From contig CAWDYC010000004.1 in the NCBI GenBank assembly GCA_963806535.1, positions 64,001 to 128,000 of the forward strand: a DNA stretch of 64,000 bases, written 5' to 3'. This DNA comes from Candidatus Bathyarchaeota archaeon. Its GTDB lineage: Archaea > Thermoproteota > Bathyarchaeia > Bathyarchaeales > Bathycorpusculaceae. The notes below the pieces were generated by a model. That model had not been told where the DNA came from, ran no database searches, and saw only the letters and a program-made list of their open reading frames with translations. A program made the position numbers and the translations under genes. Shown one piece after another: positions 21,540 to 32,420 of this stretch. Every line of letters begins with the position of its first letter. Position 1 is the stretch's first letter.

Positions 21540-21749
21540 CTACAATTTTTTATTTCGTATTTTTAAAACGATTTTTTCACCTATCCACGCAAAAAACAGT
21601 AAAACAAAAAATGGACCTAGGAAAAACCCGAAAACAAATTCGTTATTGTAAGCTGCTGCTTGTCCCAGAATGTTCGGGTAGAGCGCAACGCCGCCTATTA
21701 CAAAACAAGCTGTTAAGATAAATGCGATTGCAAATGTTATGCCCTTCAT
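21540..21749 (-). CDS. Small 2-TM membrane protein
   Basis: Two hydrophobic segments, basic C-terminus. Confidence 0.6.
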   Translation of the reverse strand: MKGITFAIAFILTACFVIGGVALYPNILGQAAAYNNEFVFGFFLGPFFVLLFFAWIGEKIVLKIRNKKL

Positions 21750-21955
21750 ACATATCTATGCATGTCTGTTTGTTTTAAATGTTGCCGGAAATTCTTCGAA
21801 ATGTATAAGAGAAAACTTCAATGTTGAATAAGGTAAGGCAGCTATCTTTGCGCGTTGCTTATTAGTTCTGCCGGCAAGGTTTGAGGCGTTTGCTGATAGA
21901 GAAGGCTTAACTCACAATTTTTGTTTCGAATTTGAGAAATATTTTTGTTCAAAAA

Positions 21956-22037
21956 GCGCAAAAACGTCAAAAACACGCAAAAACACGTCAAATATGCGCA
22001 AAATCACGTCAAAACAGCGCAGAAACACGTCAAATTT
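21956..22037 (+). repeat. Degenerate 21-bp tandem repeat, 4 units, core ACGTCAAA
   Basis: Units start 21956, 21975, 21996, 22017. Confidence 0.8.
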
Positions 22038-22229
22038 CTTCACAACTTCAAAAACATAAAGCCCTCATTTCCGAGATTTTACAAAACTAAGCCTAAACCA
22101 AACCCCTTCAAAAATGATGAGCTGCAAAAATTGAAGAATTAACTTCAAAATAACAAAAATAATTTGCAAATTATTCTTCGAAACATATAAGAGAAAAACC
22201 TGTTTCTCAAATAAAGCAGGCTTTGGTCT

Positions 22230-24520
22230 TTGCGCGTTAAAATCAATGTTACTGGTATTGTTCAAGGTGTCGGTTTTCGACCGTTCATCTATCGGATTGG
22301 CAGTGAAAAATGGTTTGGCAGGATACGTTCGCAACAGGGGTGATGCAGGAGTCGAAATTCTTTTGGAAGGCGAAGCGCAAAACATTGAAAATTTTAAGCA
22401 TGATTTGAAGGAGAAGAAGCCGCCGCTAGCCCAAATAGATTCGGTTAAATCTGATTAGAGCTTTCAGGCAAAAATGAATATGACAAATTTACAATTATCA
22501 AAAGCTCTGAAGAAGCGGAGCTTTCTGGATCAATTATTCCGCCAGACATAGCCATATGCAACGAATGCCTCGCTGAACTTGCGTGACCCAAAAAACCCAC
22601 GATACGAATACTTCTTTATCACCTGCACCAATTGTGGTCCACGCTTCACAATTATCGAACGACTTGCCATACGACCGCGAAAACACCACCATGCGTGAGT
22701 TTCCACTCTGTGGTTTCTGCCAAAAAGAATACAGTGACCCATCGAACAGGCGGTTTCACGCGCAAACCGTGGCTTGTCCACCATGTGGTCCAAAAGCCTA
22801 CTTAACAACAAAAACTGGCGAACCAATCAATGTCAGAAGATCCTGTGCGTGAAGCTGGCAAACTGTTGTCTGAAGGAAACGTGCTTGCCATAAAAGGGTA
22901 CGGGGGCTTCCATATTGCATCCTCAGTTATGCTGGAGGCTCCTTTGGAGAGGCTTCGAGCAACGAAGCATAGGCGCGAAAAACCTTTCGCAATCATGGCA
23001 AAAAGCTTAAAGGCTGCAAGAAGTTTTGCCGAAGTAAGTTCGAAGGAGCAGGAACTGCTATCTTTCCTCAGCACGCCCAATTGTTTTGCTAAACAAAAGC
23101 CCAAACTACAATTTGTCGCCTCTTGTTGCGCCGAACCTGCATAACGTCGGCGTCATGTTGCCCTATACAGGCTTGCACTACATGCTCTTTGACCAAGTTG
23201 ATGACCCAGCGTTTGTGATGACCAGCGCCAACCCGCCAAACCAACCCATCGTAAAAGACAACGACCAAGCACTCAAAACATTAGGTGGAACAGTTGATTA
23301 TTTTTTGTTTCACAACCGCAAAATCGCCCATCGATGCGACGACTCGGTCATGCGTGTTCATGGAAACCGCCCAGTGTTTCTTAGACGAAGCCGAGGCTAT
23401 GCTCCAGCACCAATCAGGCTCAAAGCCAAATCGAAACGGTGCGTCGTCGGTTTAGGCGGCGAACTAAACAACACAGCCTGCGTACTGCTTGATGACAAAG
23501 CCTTCATCAGCCAACACATCGGCGACGTAGAAAACGTGGAAACCCGAACATTTCTGCAAGAAGCAACCAATCACCTCTACCACTTAACCAATTGCCACTC
23601 CGAAATTGTCGTTTGTGATTTGCACCCGAAATTTACAACAACTTTGCTTGCCCAAGAAATGGCTGAAGCAGACGGTTCACCCCTCATTCAGGTGCAACAT
23701 CATCATGCACATGCTGCGGCTTTGATGGCTGAGCATAACTTGGAAGAAGCTGTTACTGTGGTTTGCGACGGGTACGGCTACGGAACCGACGGTGGTGCTT
23801 GGGGTGGCGAAGTTCTATTTTGTAATCGTGAATCACGCGAATTCATGCGTCTTGGGCATCTGGAACCTCAGCCACTTTTAGGCGGAGATGTGGCTAGTCG
23901 TTTTCCCGTTCGTGTAGCCGCTGGAATGCTCGATAAAGCAGGGGTAAACGTTGAACCTTGGCTGATGCAGAACCGAGGGCATTTGCCGTTTGGCGAAACT
24001 GAAGCTAAATTGATTCTGGACCAACTTGAAAAAGGAATTGGAACAGTTGAAACTACGAGTTGTGGCAGAGTTTTAGATGCTGTTTCAGCTGTTTTAGGCG
24101 TTTGTTTCGAACGAAGTTATGAGGGGGAGCCAGCTATGAAACTTGAATCAGTTGCCTTAACTGGAAAAGATGTGTTAAAACAAAATCCCCTTTTGCATGA
24201 CGATATGCTTCATACTTCTAATTATGTTGAGGGCAATTTTTGAAAATAAACAAAAATTTTCTATTGCAGATTTGGCTTATTCTGCACATGCTTATTTGGC
24301 AAGAGGTTTAGCTGCCTTGGCAACTGAAAAAGCCCAAGAGCTCGGTGTTAAAGATGTTGGGTTTTCAGGTGGCGCTGCCTGCAACCAGATACTTGCAAAA
24401 GTCATGCGTGAAGCTGTTGAAGCGGCTGGGCTGCGGTTTTGGGTTCATGAGGCTGTTCCAGCAGGCGACGGCGGAGTATCATTTGGTCAGGCAGTTGTAG
24501 GTGGATTTTCACGGTTTTAA
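22230..24520 (+). CDS. hypF: Carbamoyltransferase HypF (several frameshifts)
   Basis: [50 protein letters not shown]. Confidence 0.95.
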
Positions 24521-24569
24521 ACCAATTTCTTTTTATCGCCCTTTCAAGCCTCCTTATTAATTGATAGTT

Positions 24570-24794
24570 ATGTGTTTAGCAATTCCCGCTAAAATAATGA
24601 ATATTGACGGCACCAAAGCCAACGTGGATTTTGGTCAAGGCGTTTTAAGAGAAGTTAACGTGTCGCTTGTTGAAGCCAAAGTCGGCGACTACGTTTTGGT
24701 TCATGCGGGATACGCCATTACAGTTATTGAAGAACAAGAAGCCAAAGAAACCCTAAGTTTATGGAATAGCGTTCTTGAAGCTGGCCAACAATAA
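24570..24794 (+). CDS. hypC: Hydrogenase maturation chaperone HypC
   Basis: MCLAIPAKI, GDYVLVHAGYAI. Confidence 0.96.
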   Translation: MCLAIPAKIMNIDGTKANVDFGQGVLREVNVSLVEAKVGDYVLVHAGYAITVIEEQEAKETLSLWNSVLEAGQQ

Positions 24795-24815
24795 ACGGCA
24801 AGTTGAGCGGTCAAC

Positions 24816-25904
24816 ATGGCTGAAAACCTAAAATTCAGAAACCCCGAATTAGCGCAGAATATAGCGTCAAAAATCAAAAGCTTGGCGCCGAAGGCTGGAA
24901 AAATCAAGATTTGCCATGTCTGCGGAACGCATGAATGGACGATAACGCATTTTGGTTTGCGTAGTCTTTTGCCAGAAAACGTTGAAGTTATTGCTGGTCC
25001 AGGCTGCCCTGTTTGTATTGTTCCTGCAGCTGAAATTGATGAAGCTGTACAGTTAGCGCAGATGGGCAATGTGGTTACCTGTTTTGGCGATGTGTTGCGT
25101 GTTCCAGGCAGCAAAATGTCGCTTCTAGAGGCTAAAGCGGCAGGCGCTGACGTCCGAATTGTCTATGCGACTTCGGATGCGGTTGAAATGGCTAAACGTG
25201 AACCGAACAAACAGTTTGTGTTTTTCGCGGTTGGTTTTGAAACTACTGCTCCTTCAACAGCGGTTGAAGTGCTTGGGAACCCGCCGAAAAACCTCAGTTT
25301 CTTGGTGTCTCATCGTCTGATTCCTCCTGCCATGGAGCTTCTGCTTGGCGTCGGTGACTTGGAGATTGACGGTTTCATTGCGCCAGGGCATGTGAGCGCG
25401 ATTATTGGCTTGAAGCCTTATGAGTTGTTTCCACGGGTTTATCGGATGCCAACTGTTGTGGCTGGTTTTGAGCCCATTGATGTGTTGATGTCGGTTTACA
25501 TGATTGTTAAGCAGCATGTCGAAGGGTCACCTAAGTTGGAGAATGAGTATCCCCGTGTGGTTAAGCCTGAAGGCAACCTTCGAGCGCTTGAGGTGATGAA
25601 TAAAGCCTTCACTGTTACAGGCGGCAACTGGCGCGGAATCGGCAGACTTCCAGACTCAGCACTGCAACTACGCAAAGAACTTGCAGATTTCGATGCACGA
25701 TTAAAATACAATGTCCACGTAGAACAGGGCAAAGACATCCTGCTTGGCTGCGAATGTCACCTTGTAATCATCGGAAAAATAAAACCCAACCAATGCCCAA
25801 TGTTTCTGAAGGCTTGTACACCCGAGAAACCTGTTGGCGCATGCATGGTCAGCAGTGAAGGCACCTGCAGGGTTTGGGCAAAAAACGTGGCTGTCCAGGC
25901 TTAG
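24816..25904 (+). CDS. hypD: Hydrogenase maturation protein HypD
   Basis: CGTHE, GPGCPVC, GFETT, PGHVS, GACMVSSEGTC. Confidence 0.97.
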   Translation: MAENLKFRNPELAQNIASKIKSLAPKAGKIKICHVCGTHEWTITHFGLRSLLPENVEVIAGPGCPVCIVPAAEIDEAVQLAQMGNVVTCFGDVLRVPGSKMSLLEAKAAGADVRIVYATSDAVEMAKREPNKQFVFFAVGFETTAPSTAVEVLGNPPKNLSFLVSHRLIPPAMELLLGVGDLEIDGFIAPGHVSAIIGLKPYELFPRVYRMPTVVAGFEPIDVLMSVYMIVKQHVEGSPKLENEYPRVVKPEGNLRALEVMNKAFTVTGGNWRGIGRLPDSALQLRKELADFDARLKYNVHVEQGKDILLGCECHLVIIGKIKPNQCPMFLKACTPEKPVGACMVSSEGTCRVWAKNVAVQA

Positions 25905-26974
25905 CAGATTCTTGGCACTGGGTCACCGATCGGGTCTTGCAATTATTCTTTTGCCGCCAACCTCTGTTTGCATGGCTACTCCTTTGAATTCTGATGTTGC
26001 TTCCCCGATTATCTGCGCGTTTTTGCCTTCTTCTGTTTGCTTCAAAAATTCCAATGCCTCCTCAGCTTTTTCGGTGAACAACTCCGATGATGTATTTGCC
26101 TTCATTTCCAACTTCTAAGGGGTCTAAACCAAGCATGTCGCATGCAGCCTGAACGTCTTTTCGAATTGGCACTTTGTCTTCTTGAATTAATATGCCAACT
26201 TTGGATTTTTCAGCCCACTCATTTAAGGCATCAGCTAAACCGCCGCGAGTGGGATCTTTTACAGAAATAACCCCCCCTATCTTCAGCAAATAATCGTTGA
26301 AGCATGCGATTTAATGGTCTAACGTCAGATTTTATTTCGCTGCCAAACTTTAATCCCTGCTGGGCTGAGAGCACGGCTAATCCGTGGTCGCCAATGGTTC
26401 CTGTTAAAATGATTTTGTCTCCTAACGGCAAGGTTTGAGTCCAGCGTCCAGCGAGCAGCATTACTGTTCGGTACTTGCCTTGCCACTGCTAAGATTGCTT
26501 TCTAAGGCTGCTGTTCTTTTGCCGATTCCTGAAACATTCATGACAAGTCCACCTAAACTGCCCTTCTCCACCACCTTCGTGTCGCCAGTAACAATGCCGA
26601 CACCTGCTTCAACGCATGTGTCATGCATGCTGACAAGAATTTTTTCCAAATCACTAATGGGCAAGCCTTCTTCTAAAATAAACCCGCAAGCCAAAGCGTA
26701 AGGCTCTGCTCCCATGGCTGAAATATCGTTTACGGTGCCTGAGATTGATAAGCGTCCGATGTCTCCGCCTGGGAAAAAATATCGGTTTAACCGCGTGGGA
26801 ATCACTTTTAAATACTATATCGCCAATTACTGCGGCGTCATCCATGGCTTCCAATGGAACTTCTGCAATGTTGCCCAAGCCGCCGAAATATTTTACGATG
26901 TAATTTTTGACCAAGTTGTGCATGACTGTGCCGCCAGCGCCATGCAGCATGGTAATTTTTTCGTTTGTTGACAT
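25901..26974 (-). CDS. hypE: Hydrogenase maturation protein HypE (several frameshifts)
   Basis: HGAGG, FFPGGDIG, GDTKVV, DPTRGG, ANEG-like GNEG, C-terminal PRIC. Confidence 0.95.
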
Positions 26975-27049
26975 TTAGCTGCTTCCGTTTAACAAATTCT
27001 AATAGCACAATGAAGTAAAACATAAACAAATCGCAGAAGCGTCTTATCT

Positions 27050-27260
27050 TTTTGCTGGGCACACTGTAACCAACAATTCCCTCAGGGCACCATATTAAAA
27101 AGCAGAAGAAGAAGTGTGCCCCTGCAGGTTTTCTTCTTCTTTCTGAAACTGGGATAGAAGTAGGATGGTGCTATTTCCAGCCTTCCTTCTTCTTCTACCA
27201 GAAAAGAACAACAACAGCTGCCATTAGCAACTGTTGTTATTCTCTATAAATAACAAAGAT
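27050..27260 (-). ncRNA. Structured leader/sRNA candidate, copy A, with micro-ORF MAAVVVLFW (27195-27224)
   Basis: Homologous to 47760-47880; several hairpins built from AGAAGAAG/CTTCTTCT blocks. Confidence 0.55.
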
Positions 27261-27485
27261 TTTCAGCTGTCGAGTATCCTTTTTCATTAACTTATTAAAT
27301 AGCATAATAGACTGCTAAGTTTCAAAAACGGCTATTAAGTCAATTAATTTTCTAGTCATAACTTTTCTTTGGAAAACTATAAAAGGGAAAAGCTATATCC
27401 AAAACTGTACACCTCACGCGTTCGAATTGTTCCTTCGCAGGAACGTTAACTAGTCAATTTAATCGAAACTTTTAGTTTTGATACG

Positions 27486-27500
27486 GAAAGCCATATAAAT
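27486..27500 (+). promoter_or_regulatory. BRE/TATA promoter of ribosomal protein cluster
   Basis: GAAAGCCATATAAAT about 40 nt upstream of rpl22 ATG. Confidence 0.6.
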
Positions 27501-27538
27501 TGCTTTTACGTGTTTGATTGCGCATCGGAGATGTAAAA

Positions 27539-28024
27539 ATGCCAAAATGGGGATACTCAATAATCGAAGAAATGCTTAATCCAGAAAAAACAGCGAAAGC
27601 CAGCGGAAGAGAACTTAAGGTATCCCATAAAGCAGCCAGAGAAGTCTGCAAAGCCATCAAAGGCATGATGCTAAACGATGCAAAACAGTATTTACGGGAT
27701 GTTGCAGCTAAAAAGAAAGCTGTACCCTATACACGATACAATAAAAAACTGCCTCATCGTCATGGACTTGTAAACGCTTTTTGTGGCAGGTACCCAGTTA
27801 AGCCATCTGAACAAATTTTAGATGTCTTACAATCGGCTCAGGCAAACGCTGAAAATAAAGGTTTAGACGTGGATCGATTGCGCATAATTCATGCAGCAGC
27901 TTATCCCGGCATGAAACAGAAACGTTACACTCCAAGAGCCCACGGCAGTGCTTCACCAAAATTTGAAATCACGACACATGTCGAAATAGTCCTCGACGAG
28001 AAACCGACCCAAGGAGAGCAATAA
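27539..28024 (+). CDS. rpl22: 50S ribosomal protein uL22
   Basis: SHKAAREVC, GRYPVK, PRAHGSA. Confidence 0.96.
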   Translation: MPKWGYSIIEEMLNPEKTAKASGRELKVSHKAAREVCKAIKGMMLNDAKQYLRDVAAKKKAVPYTRYNKKLPHRHGLVNAFCGRYPVKPSEQILDVLQSAQANAENKGLDVDRLRIIHAAAYPGMKQKRYTPRAHGSASPKFEITTHVEIVLDEKPTQGEQ

Positions 28025-28795
28025 ATGAGTATAGTTAAACGTTTTATAACTGAATCTATTAAAAGAACAGAAATTGATGAATTTTTACAGAAAAAACTTG
28101 ACCGAGCTGGATACGGCGGAGTCAACATTTCTAAAACCCCGCTTGGCACGCACGTCGTTATTTACGCTATGCGTCCAGGCTTAGTTATTGGCAGAGGCGG
28201 AGAAACCATAAAAGAACTCGCTTCAGCCTTAGAGCAAAACTTCAAAGTTTCTAATCCTCAAATTTCAGTTTCAGAAATTGAAGTTCCAGAATTCAATGCT
28301 TATGTCATTGCGTCACGAGTCGCCTCAGCACTTCAGCGAGGTGTTCACTTTAGGCGCGCAGGTTTTTGGGCATTAAACCAAGTTATGGAAGCAGGTGCAC
28401 TTGGCGCTGAAATAGTTATTAGCGGCAAATTAACAACCGAACGTGCACGCTTCGAAAAGTTCCGAGCTGGATACTTCCCAAGATGCGGAGAACCAGCATT
28501 AGTTTCTACAAGAAAAGCCGAAGCTCATGTTCAACTAAAACCAGGCATTATCGGCGTAAGAGTAAAAATAATGCCGCCAGACGCATATTTCCCAGATAGA
28601 ATCACAGTTGCCACCGCAATGCCTGAGGAAGAAAAAGTCGCCGTTCCAGCGCCACCACCGGCAGCTGCACCAGTAGCACCTAAACCGGCAGAACCGCAGG
28701 CACAAGTTCCAGCTGAAAAAGCACCAGAGCCAGAACCTGAAGTAAAAGCAACAGAAGTAACAGATCAACCAAAAACTGAGGAGAAAAAAGAATAA
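28025..28795 (+). CDS. rps3: 30S ribosomal protein uS3 with P/A/E/K tail
   Basis: RPGLVIGRGG KH domain, GAEIVISGKL. Confidence 0.97.
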   Translation: MSIVKRFITESIKRTEIDEFLQKKLDRAGYGGVNISKTPLGTHVVIYAMRPGLVIGRGGETIKELASALEQNFKVSNPQISVSEIEVPEFNAYVIASRVASALQRGVHFRRAGFWALNQVMEAGALGAEIVISGKLTTERARFEKFRAGYFPRCGEPALVSTRKAEAHVQLKPGIIGVRVKIMPPDAYFPDRITVATAMPEEEKVAVPAPPPAAAPVAPKPAEPQAQVPAEKAPEPEPEVKATEVTDQPKTEEKKE

Positions 28796-29121
28796 TGGCA
28801 ATAATGCGGATTAAAGAAATCGTTTCCATGTCTTCTGAGGACAGAGCATCAAAACTTGTGGATTTACGCGCAGAATTAGCCCGCATAAGAACCATGATTA
28901 ACGCAGGCGGCGCTGTTGAGAACCCAACACGCGTTAGAGAACTGCGCAAAACAATTGCTCAAATATTAACAGTTGAAAACGAAAAGAAATTGGGCATTAG
29001 ACAAGTAGTTGTGGAAGCGAGTGAAAAGCCAAAAAAGAAAACGGAGAAAGCTCCTGCTGCAAAGAAAGCAGCAGCAAAAAAGGTTGAAGCTAAAGAAACT
29101 GAGGAGACAGCTACCCAATGA
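28795..29121 (+). CDS. rpl29: 50S ribosomal protein uL29 with K/A/E tail
   Basis: ENPTRVRELRKTIAQILT. Confidence 0.95.
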   Translation: MAIMRIKEIVSMSSEDRASKLVDLRAELARIRTMINAGGAVENPTRVRELRKTIAQILTVENEKKLGIRQVVVEASEKPKKKTEKAPAAKKAAAKKVEAKETEETATQ

Positions 29122-29399
29122 AAATAACTCCAGATATTATCCGATATGAGTTTATTGGCAGCGGCGCTGAAATCACAAGAAGTCCCCATGGGGGCTATGT
29201 TGGTTTAGGCGGCATAGTTGTAGGTGAAACAAAAAATACTTTCACTTTGATCAGCCAAGGTCAAACAAAGAATGTAATTAAAGATCAAGCCGTTTTCAAC
29301 TTCCAGTTTAGCGACGGCTCAGTTGCAGAAATTGACGGTAAACTTTTGGTTGGAAGACCAGAGGATCGGCTTAAAAAAAGCATTAAGAGGTTATGGTAA
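29118..29399 (+). CDS. rnp1: RNase P protein component 1 (Rpp29)
   Basis: EFIG, GIVVGETKNT, GRPEDRLKK; operon position. Confidence 0.93.
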   Translation: MKITPDIIRYEFIGSGAEITRSPHGGYVGLGGIVVGETKNTFTLISQGQTKNVIKDQAVFNFQFSDGSVAEIDGKLLVGRPEDRLKKSIKRLW

Positions 29400-29720
29400 A
29401 TGTCTCTATCTTTCAAGCAACCTAAAAAAACATGTGATGACCGAAACTGTCCATTCCACGGAACTCTTGCAATAAGAGGACGTGTACTAGACGGTATAGT
29501 TCAGACAGCAAAAATGGATAAAACCGTTATAGTTGACAGAAAATTCTTAGAGTTCTCATCAAAATTCCAAAGATATGAACGAAGACACGGTCACATTGCA
29601 TCTCACAACACACCATGCATCGACGTTAAAGAAGGCGACAGAGTAAGAATCGCCGAATGCAGGCCAATCAGCAAAACTGTTTCTTTTGTTGTTGTTGAAA
29701 AATTAGGAGAGGAAAAGTAA
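29400..29720 (+). CDS. rps17: 30S ribosomal protein uS17
   Basis: CDDRNCPFHG, ECRPISKTVSF. Confidence 0.96.
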   Translation: MSLSFKQPKKTCDDRNCPFHGTLAIRGRVLDGIVQTAKMDKTVIVDRKFLEFSSKFQRYERRHGHIASHNTPCIDVKEGDRVRIAECRPISKTVSFVVVEKLGEEK

Positions 29721-29721
29721 A

Positions 29722-30163
29722 ATGGCGGCGAAGGCAAAACAGAGAGCACTCGTAGCAAAAGGAATGCTTTCACACGGACAAAAAATTAGTCGAGGTCTAT
29801 TATCAGGTTCAGAAATGAAATGTGCCGATAACACTGGTGCACGAGTATCTACGTTTAATTCAAGCTATGGGCTATAAAGGTCGACTGCGACGTTACCCAT
29901 CTGCAACAGTAGGCGACAAAGTAACAGTTTCAGTTAGGCAAGGCTCACCTGACATGAGGAAAAAGATTTTCCAAGCAGTAATTGTTCGCCAAAGAAAAAC
30001 CTTCAGACGCATCGACGGTGTTTGGGTTCAATTTGAAGATAACGCAGCAGTAATCATTACTCCAGAAGGCGAAATGAAAGGCTCTGAAATCAGGGGTCCA
30101 GTCGCAAGAGAAGCAGCTGAAAGATGGCCAAGAATCGCAAGCGCTTCAAGCATAATAGTGTAG
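29722..30163 (+). CDS. rpl14: 50S ribosomal protein uL14 (frameshift near 29845)
   Basis: [27 protein letters not shown]. Confidence 0.96.
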
Positions 30164-30173
30164 GTGCAAGATA

Positions 30174-30895
30174 ATGCAAGAAACTAAACGAATAAAAAAC
30201 CCGAAGAAACAGCGTAAAAGACTTTTTAACGCTCCTGCTCACATTCGCCACAAACTTATGGCAGCTCACTTATCAAGCGAGCTTGCTGCTTCAAGAGGCG
30301 TAAAAACTCTTCCAGTAAGAAAAGGCGATACAGTCCGAATTGAACGTGGCGATAACAAAGGCTTTGAAGGCAAAGTTTCACGTGTTGACCTAAGTAATTA
30401 CCGAATATATCTTGAAGGATTAACACGCGAAAAAACCGATGGAACAAACATCTTCATCTCAGTACACCCATCCAAAATTCAAATAAGAAACCTTAACCTC
30501 GACGACAAACGCCGAAAAGATATCCTTGGCAGAAAGAAAGAAATAGAAAAGCCTGAGCGCGAAGAAAAACTAAAGGCAAAAGCAGCAAAGAAAGCTGAAA
30601 AACCAAAAGAAAAGCCAGAAGCAAAAGTTGAAGAAATCACAGAGAAAAAACCTGTAGAAGCAGCGCAGTTGAAGAGAAAGCAATGCCGGAAGTTGTAGAA
30701 GAGCAAGGTCCAATTGCAAAGAAACCAGCAGGCAAGAAATCTGCAGCCAAAAAAGAAGCTGCAAAGGAAGAAGTTCCTGTAGAAGAGGAAAAGGCACCTG
30801 TTAAGAAAGTAGCAGCAAAGAAAACCGCAGCATCAAAAGAAGCACCCGCGAAAGAAACAGCAGAGAAGAAATCGGCTTCTAAGCCTCGTGCGTAA
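30174..30895 (+). CDS. rpl24: 50S ribosomal protein uL24 with long K/E/A/P tail (frameshift near 30670)
   Basis: PKKQRKRLFNAP, VRKGDTV KOW, IHPS-like VHPSK. Confidence 0.94.
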
Positions 30896-30927
30896 ACGTA
30901 AAACTTCTGAAGAAGGAGGACAATAAT

Positions 30928-31692
30928 TTGGGTAAAAAAGGAAAAACTGCAAGGATGAAACGTAAGCCAGCTCCAAAGTTCTGGCCAATTCATAGAAAAG
31001 AAATGCCTTGGATAGTGAAGCCCTCAGCTGGTGCTCACTCGCAAGATAATTGTCTATCATTAGCTCTTGTTCTTCGAGACATGCTTGGTATTGCACAAAC
31101 AAGAAGAGAAGGCAAACTGATACTTGCTCAAGGCAAAGTGTTAGTTGACGGTAAAGTTGTTGCAAAAGATGATTTTCCAGTCGGTATAATGGATGTTATC
31201 TCCATGCCTGACGCAGGCAAATATTACCGTATAATGCCCTCCAATAAAGGGTTGGTTTTGAGTCCAATAAGCAAGGAAGAGGCAGCCTTCAAACTAGTTC
31301 GAGTTGAAGATAAAACTACTGCTCAAAAAGGCGTACAAATTGCCCTTCATGACGGCTCAAACCTGTTTGTTAAAGTTGCAGACCCAAAGCACCCTGATGA
31401 AGTTACCTACAGCTCATTTGATATCCTAAAGATGACATTGCCAGAAAAACAAGTGGTTCAAAGCATAAAAACCAAGGAAGGAAACTTGGCAGTGATTACT
31501 GGCGGAAAAAACATTGGCAAACAAGGAAAAATCGTGGAAATCGAAAAGACTGTCGCTAAAAAACGTCGTCAAGCCCTAGTCGTAATTGAAGACGCGAATG
31601 GTGCTCGTTACCAAACAATCTTAGACTTTATCTTTTCCATAGGCGAAGCTGAACCGCTTATAGCTGTACCGGAGGCATCTGAAGTTGTCTGA
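30928..31692 (+). CDS. rps4e: 30S ribosomal protein eS4
   Basis: APKFWPIHRK, FPVGIMDVI, TGGKNIG. Confidence 0.96.
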   Translation: MGKKGKTARMKRKPAPKFWPIHRKEMPWIVKPSAGAHSQDNCLSLALVLRDMLGIAQTRREGKLILAQGKVLVDGKVVAKDDFPVGIMDVISMPDAGKYYRIMPSNKGLVLSPISKEEAAFKLVRVEDKTTAQKGVQIALHDGSNLFVKVADPKHPDEVTYSSFDILKMTLPEKQVVQSIKTKEGNLAVITGGKNIGKQGKIVEIEKTVAKKRRQALVVIEDANGARYQTILDFIFSIGEAEPLIAVPEASEVV

Positions 31693-32227
31693 AGAAGAAG
31701 CAATAATTAAGACTTGGGAAGAGCATCCGATGCTTAAGCCCAAAATTGAAAAAGTTGTGGTTAACCTTAACGTTGGAAAATCAGGAGAACCACTTGAGAA
31801 AGCTAACAAAGTGCTTAAAGAAATAACAGGTCAGACACCAGTCAAACGAAAAGCCAAAAAAACTATCCGTGACTTTGGCATACGCGAAGGAGAATCAATC
31901 GCCGTTGTCGTAACATTGCGAAAGCAAAAAGCAATTGATTTCCTCAAAAAAGTCTTGCCAGTTGTCGATAACAAAGTTTCAAAAAACTCCTTTGACGTAC
32001 ACGGAAACTTTGCTTTCGGATTAAAAGAACACATCGAAATTCCGGGCGTAAAATATGACCCAGAAATTGGCATATTTGGCATGGACGTTTGTGTATCTGT
32101 GAATCGTCCAGGGCAACGAGTAAAGATTCGCAGAAAAGATCAGCAATCTATCGGTCGCAAGCATATGTTAACACCTGAAGAATCAATAGTCTTCGTCAAA
32201 CAAACATTAGGAGTCCAAATCGAATAA
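31685..32227 (+). CDS. rpl5: 50S ribosomal protein uL5
   Basis: [26 protein letters not shown]. Confidence 0.97.
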   Translation: MSEEEAIIKTWEEHPMLKPKIEKVVVNLNVGKSGEPLEKANKVLKEITGQTPVKRKAKKTIRDFGIREGESIAVVVTLRKQKAIDFLKKVLPVVDNKVSKNSFDVHGNFAFGLKEHIEIPGVKYDPEIGIFGMDVCVSVNRPGQRVKIRRKDQQSIGRKHMLTPEESIVFVKQTLGVQIE

Positions 32228-32243
32228 ACCTGAGGATGAATGT

Positions 32244-32408
32244 ATGGGAAAACAGCAACTGAAAAAAGAACGGAAATATGGCAAAGGCTCAAGACCATGT
32301 GTAAGATGCGGCGCTTATGGGCCAGTTATTCGACGGTACAATTTATATTTATGTAGGCACTGTTTCAGAGAGGCAGCCCCAAAACTTGGGTTCAAAAAAT
32401 ATGAGTAG
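32244..32408 (+). CDS. rps14: 30S ribosomal protein uS14 (below ORF-track cutoff)
   Basis: Hand translation [11 protein letters not shown]...LCRHCFRE...GFKKYE. Confidence 0.96.
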   Translation: MGKQQLKKERKYGKGSRPCVRCGAYGPVIRRYNLYLCRHCFREAAPKLGFKKYE

Positions 32409-32420
32409 GAGCTAAAAAAT

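Noticed and set aside
21956-22037. Possible CRISPR array (also 39190-39262 and 58768-58828)
   Set aside because: Degenerate head-to-tail repeats without unique spacers; no cas genes in the window.
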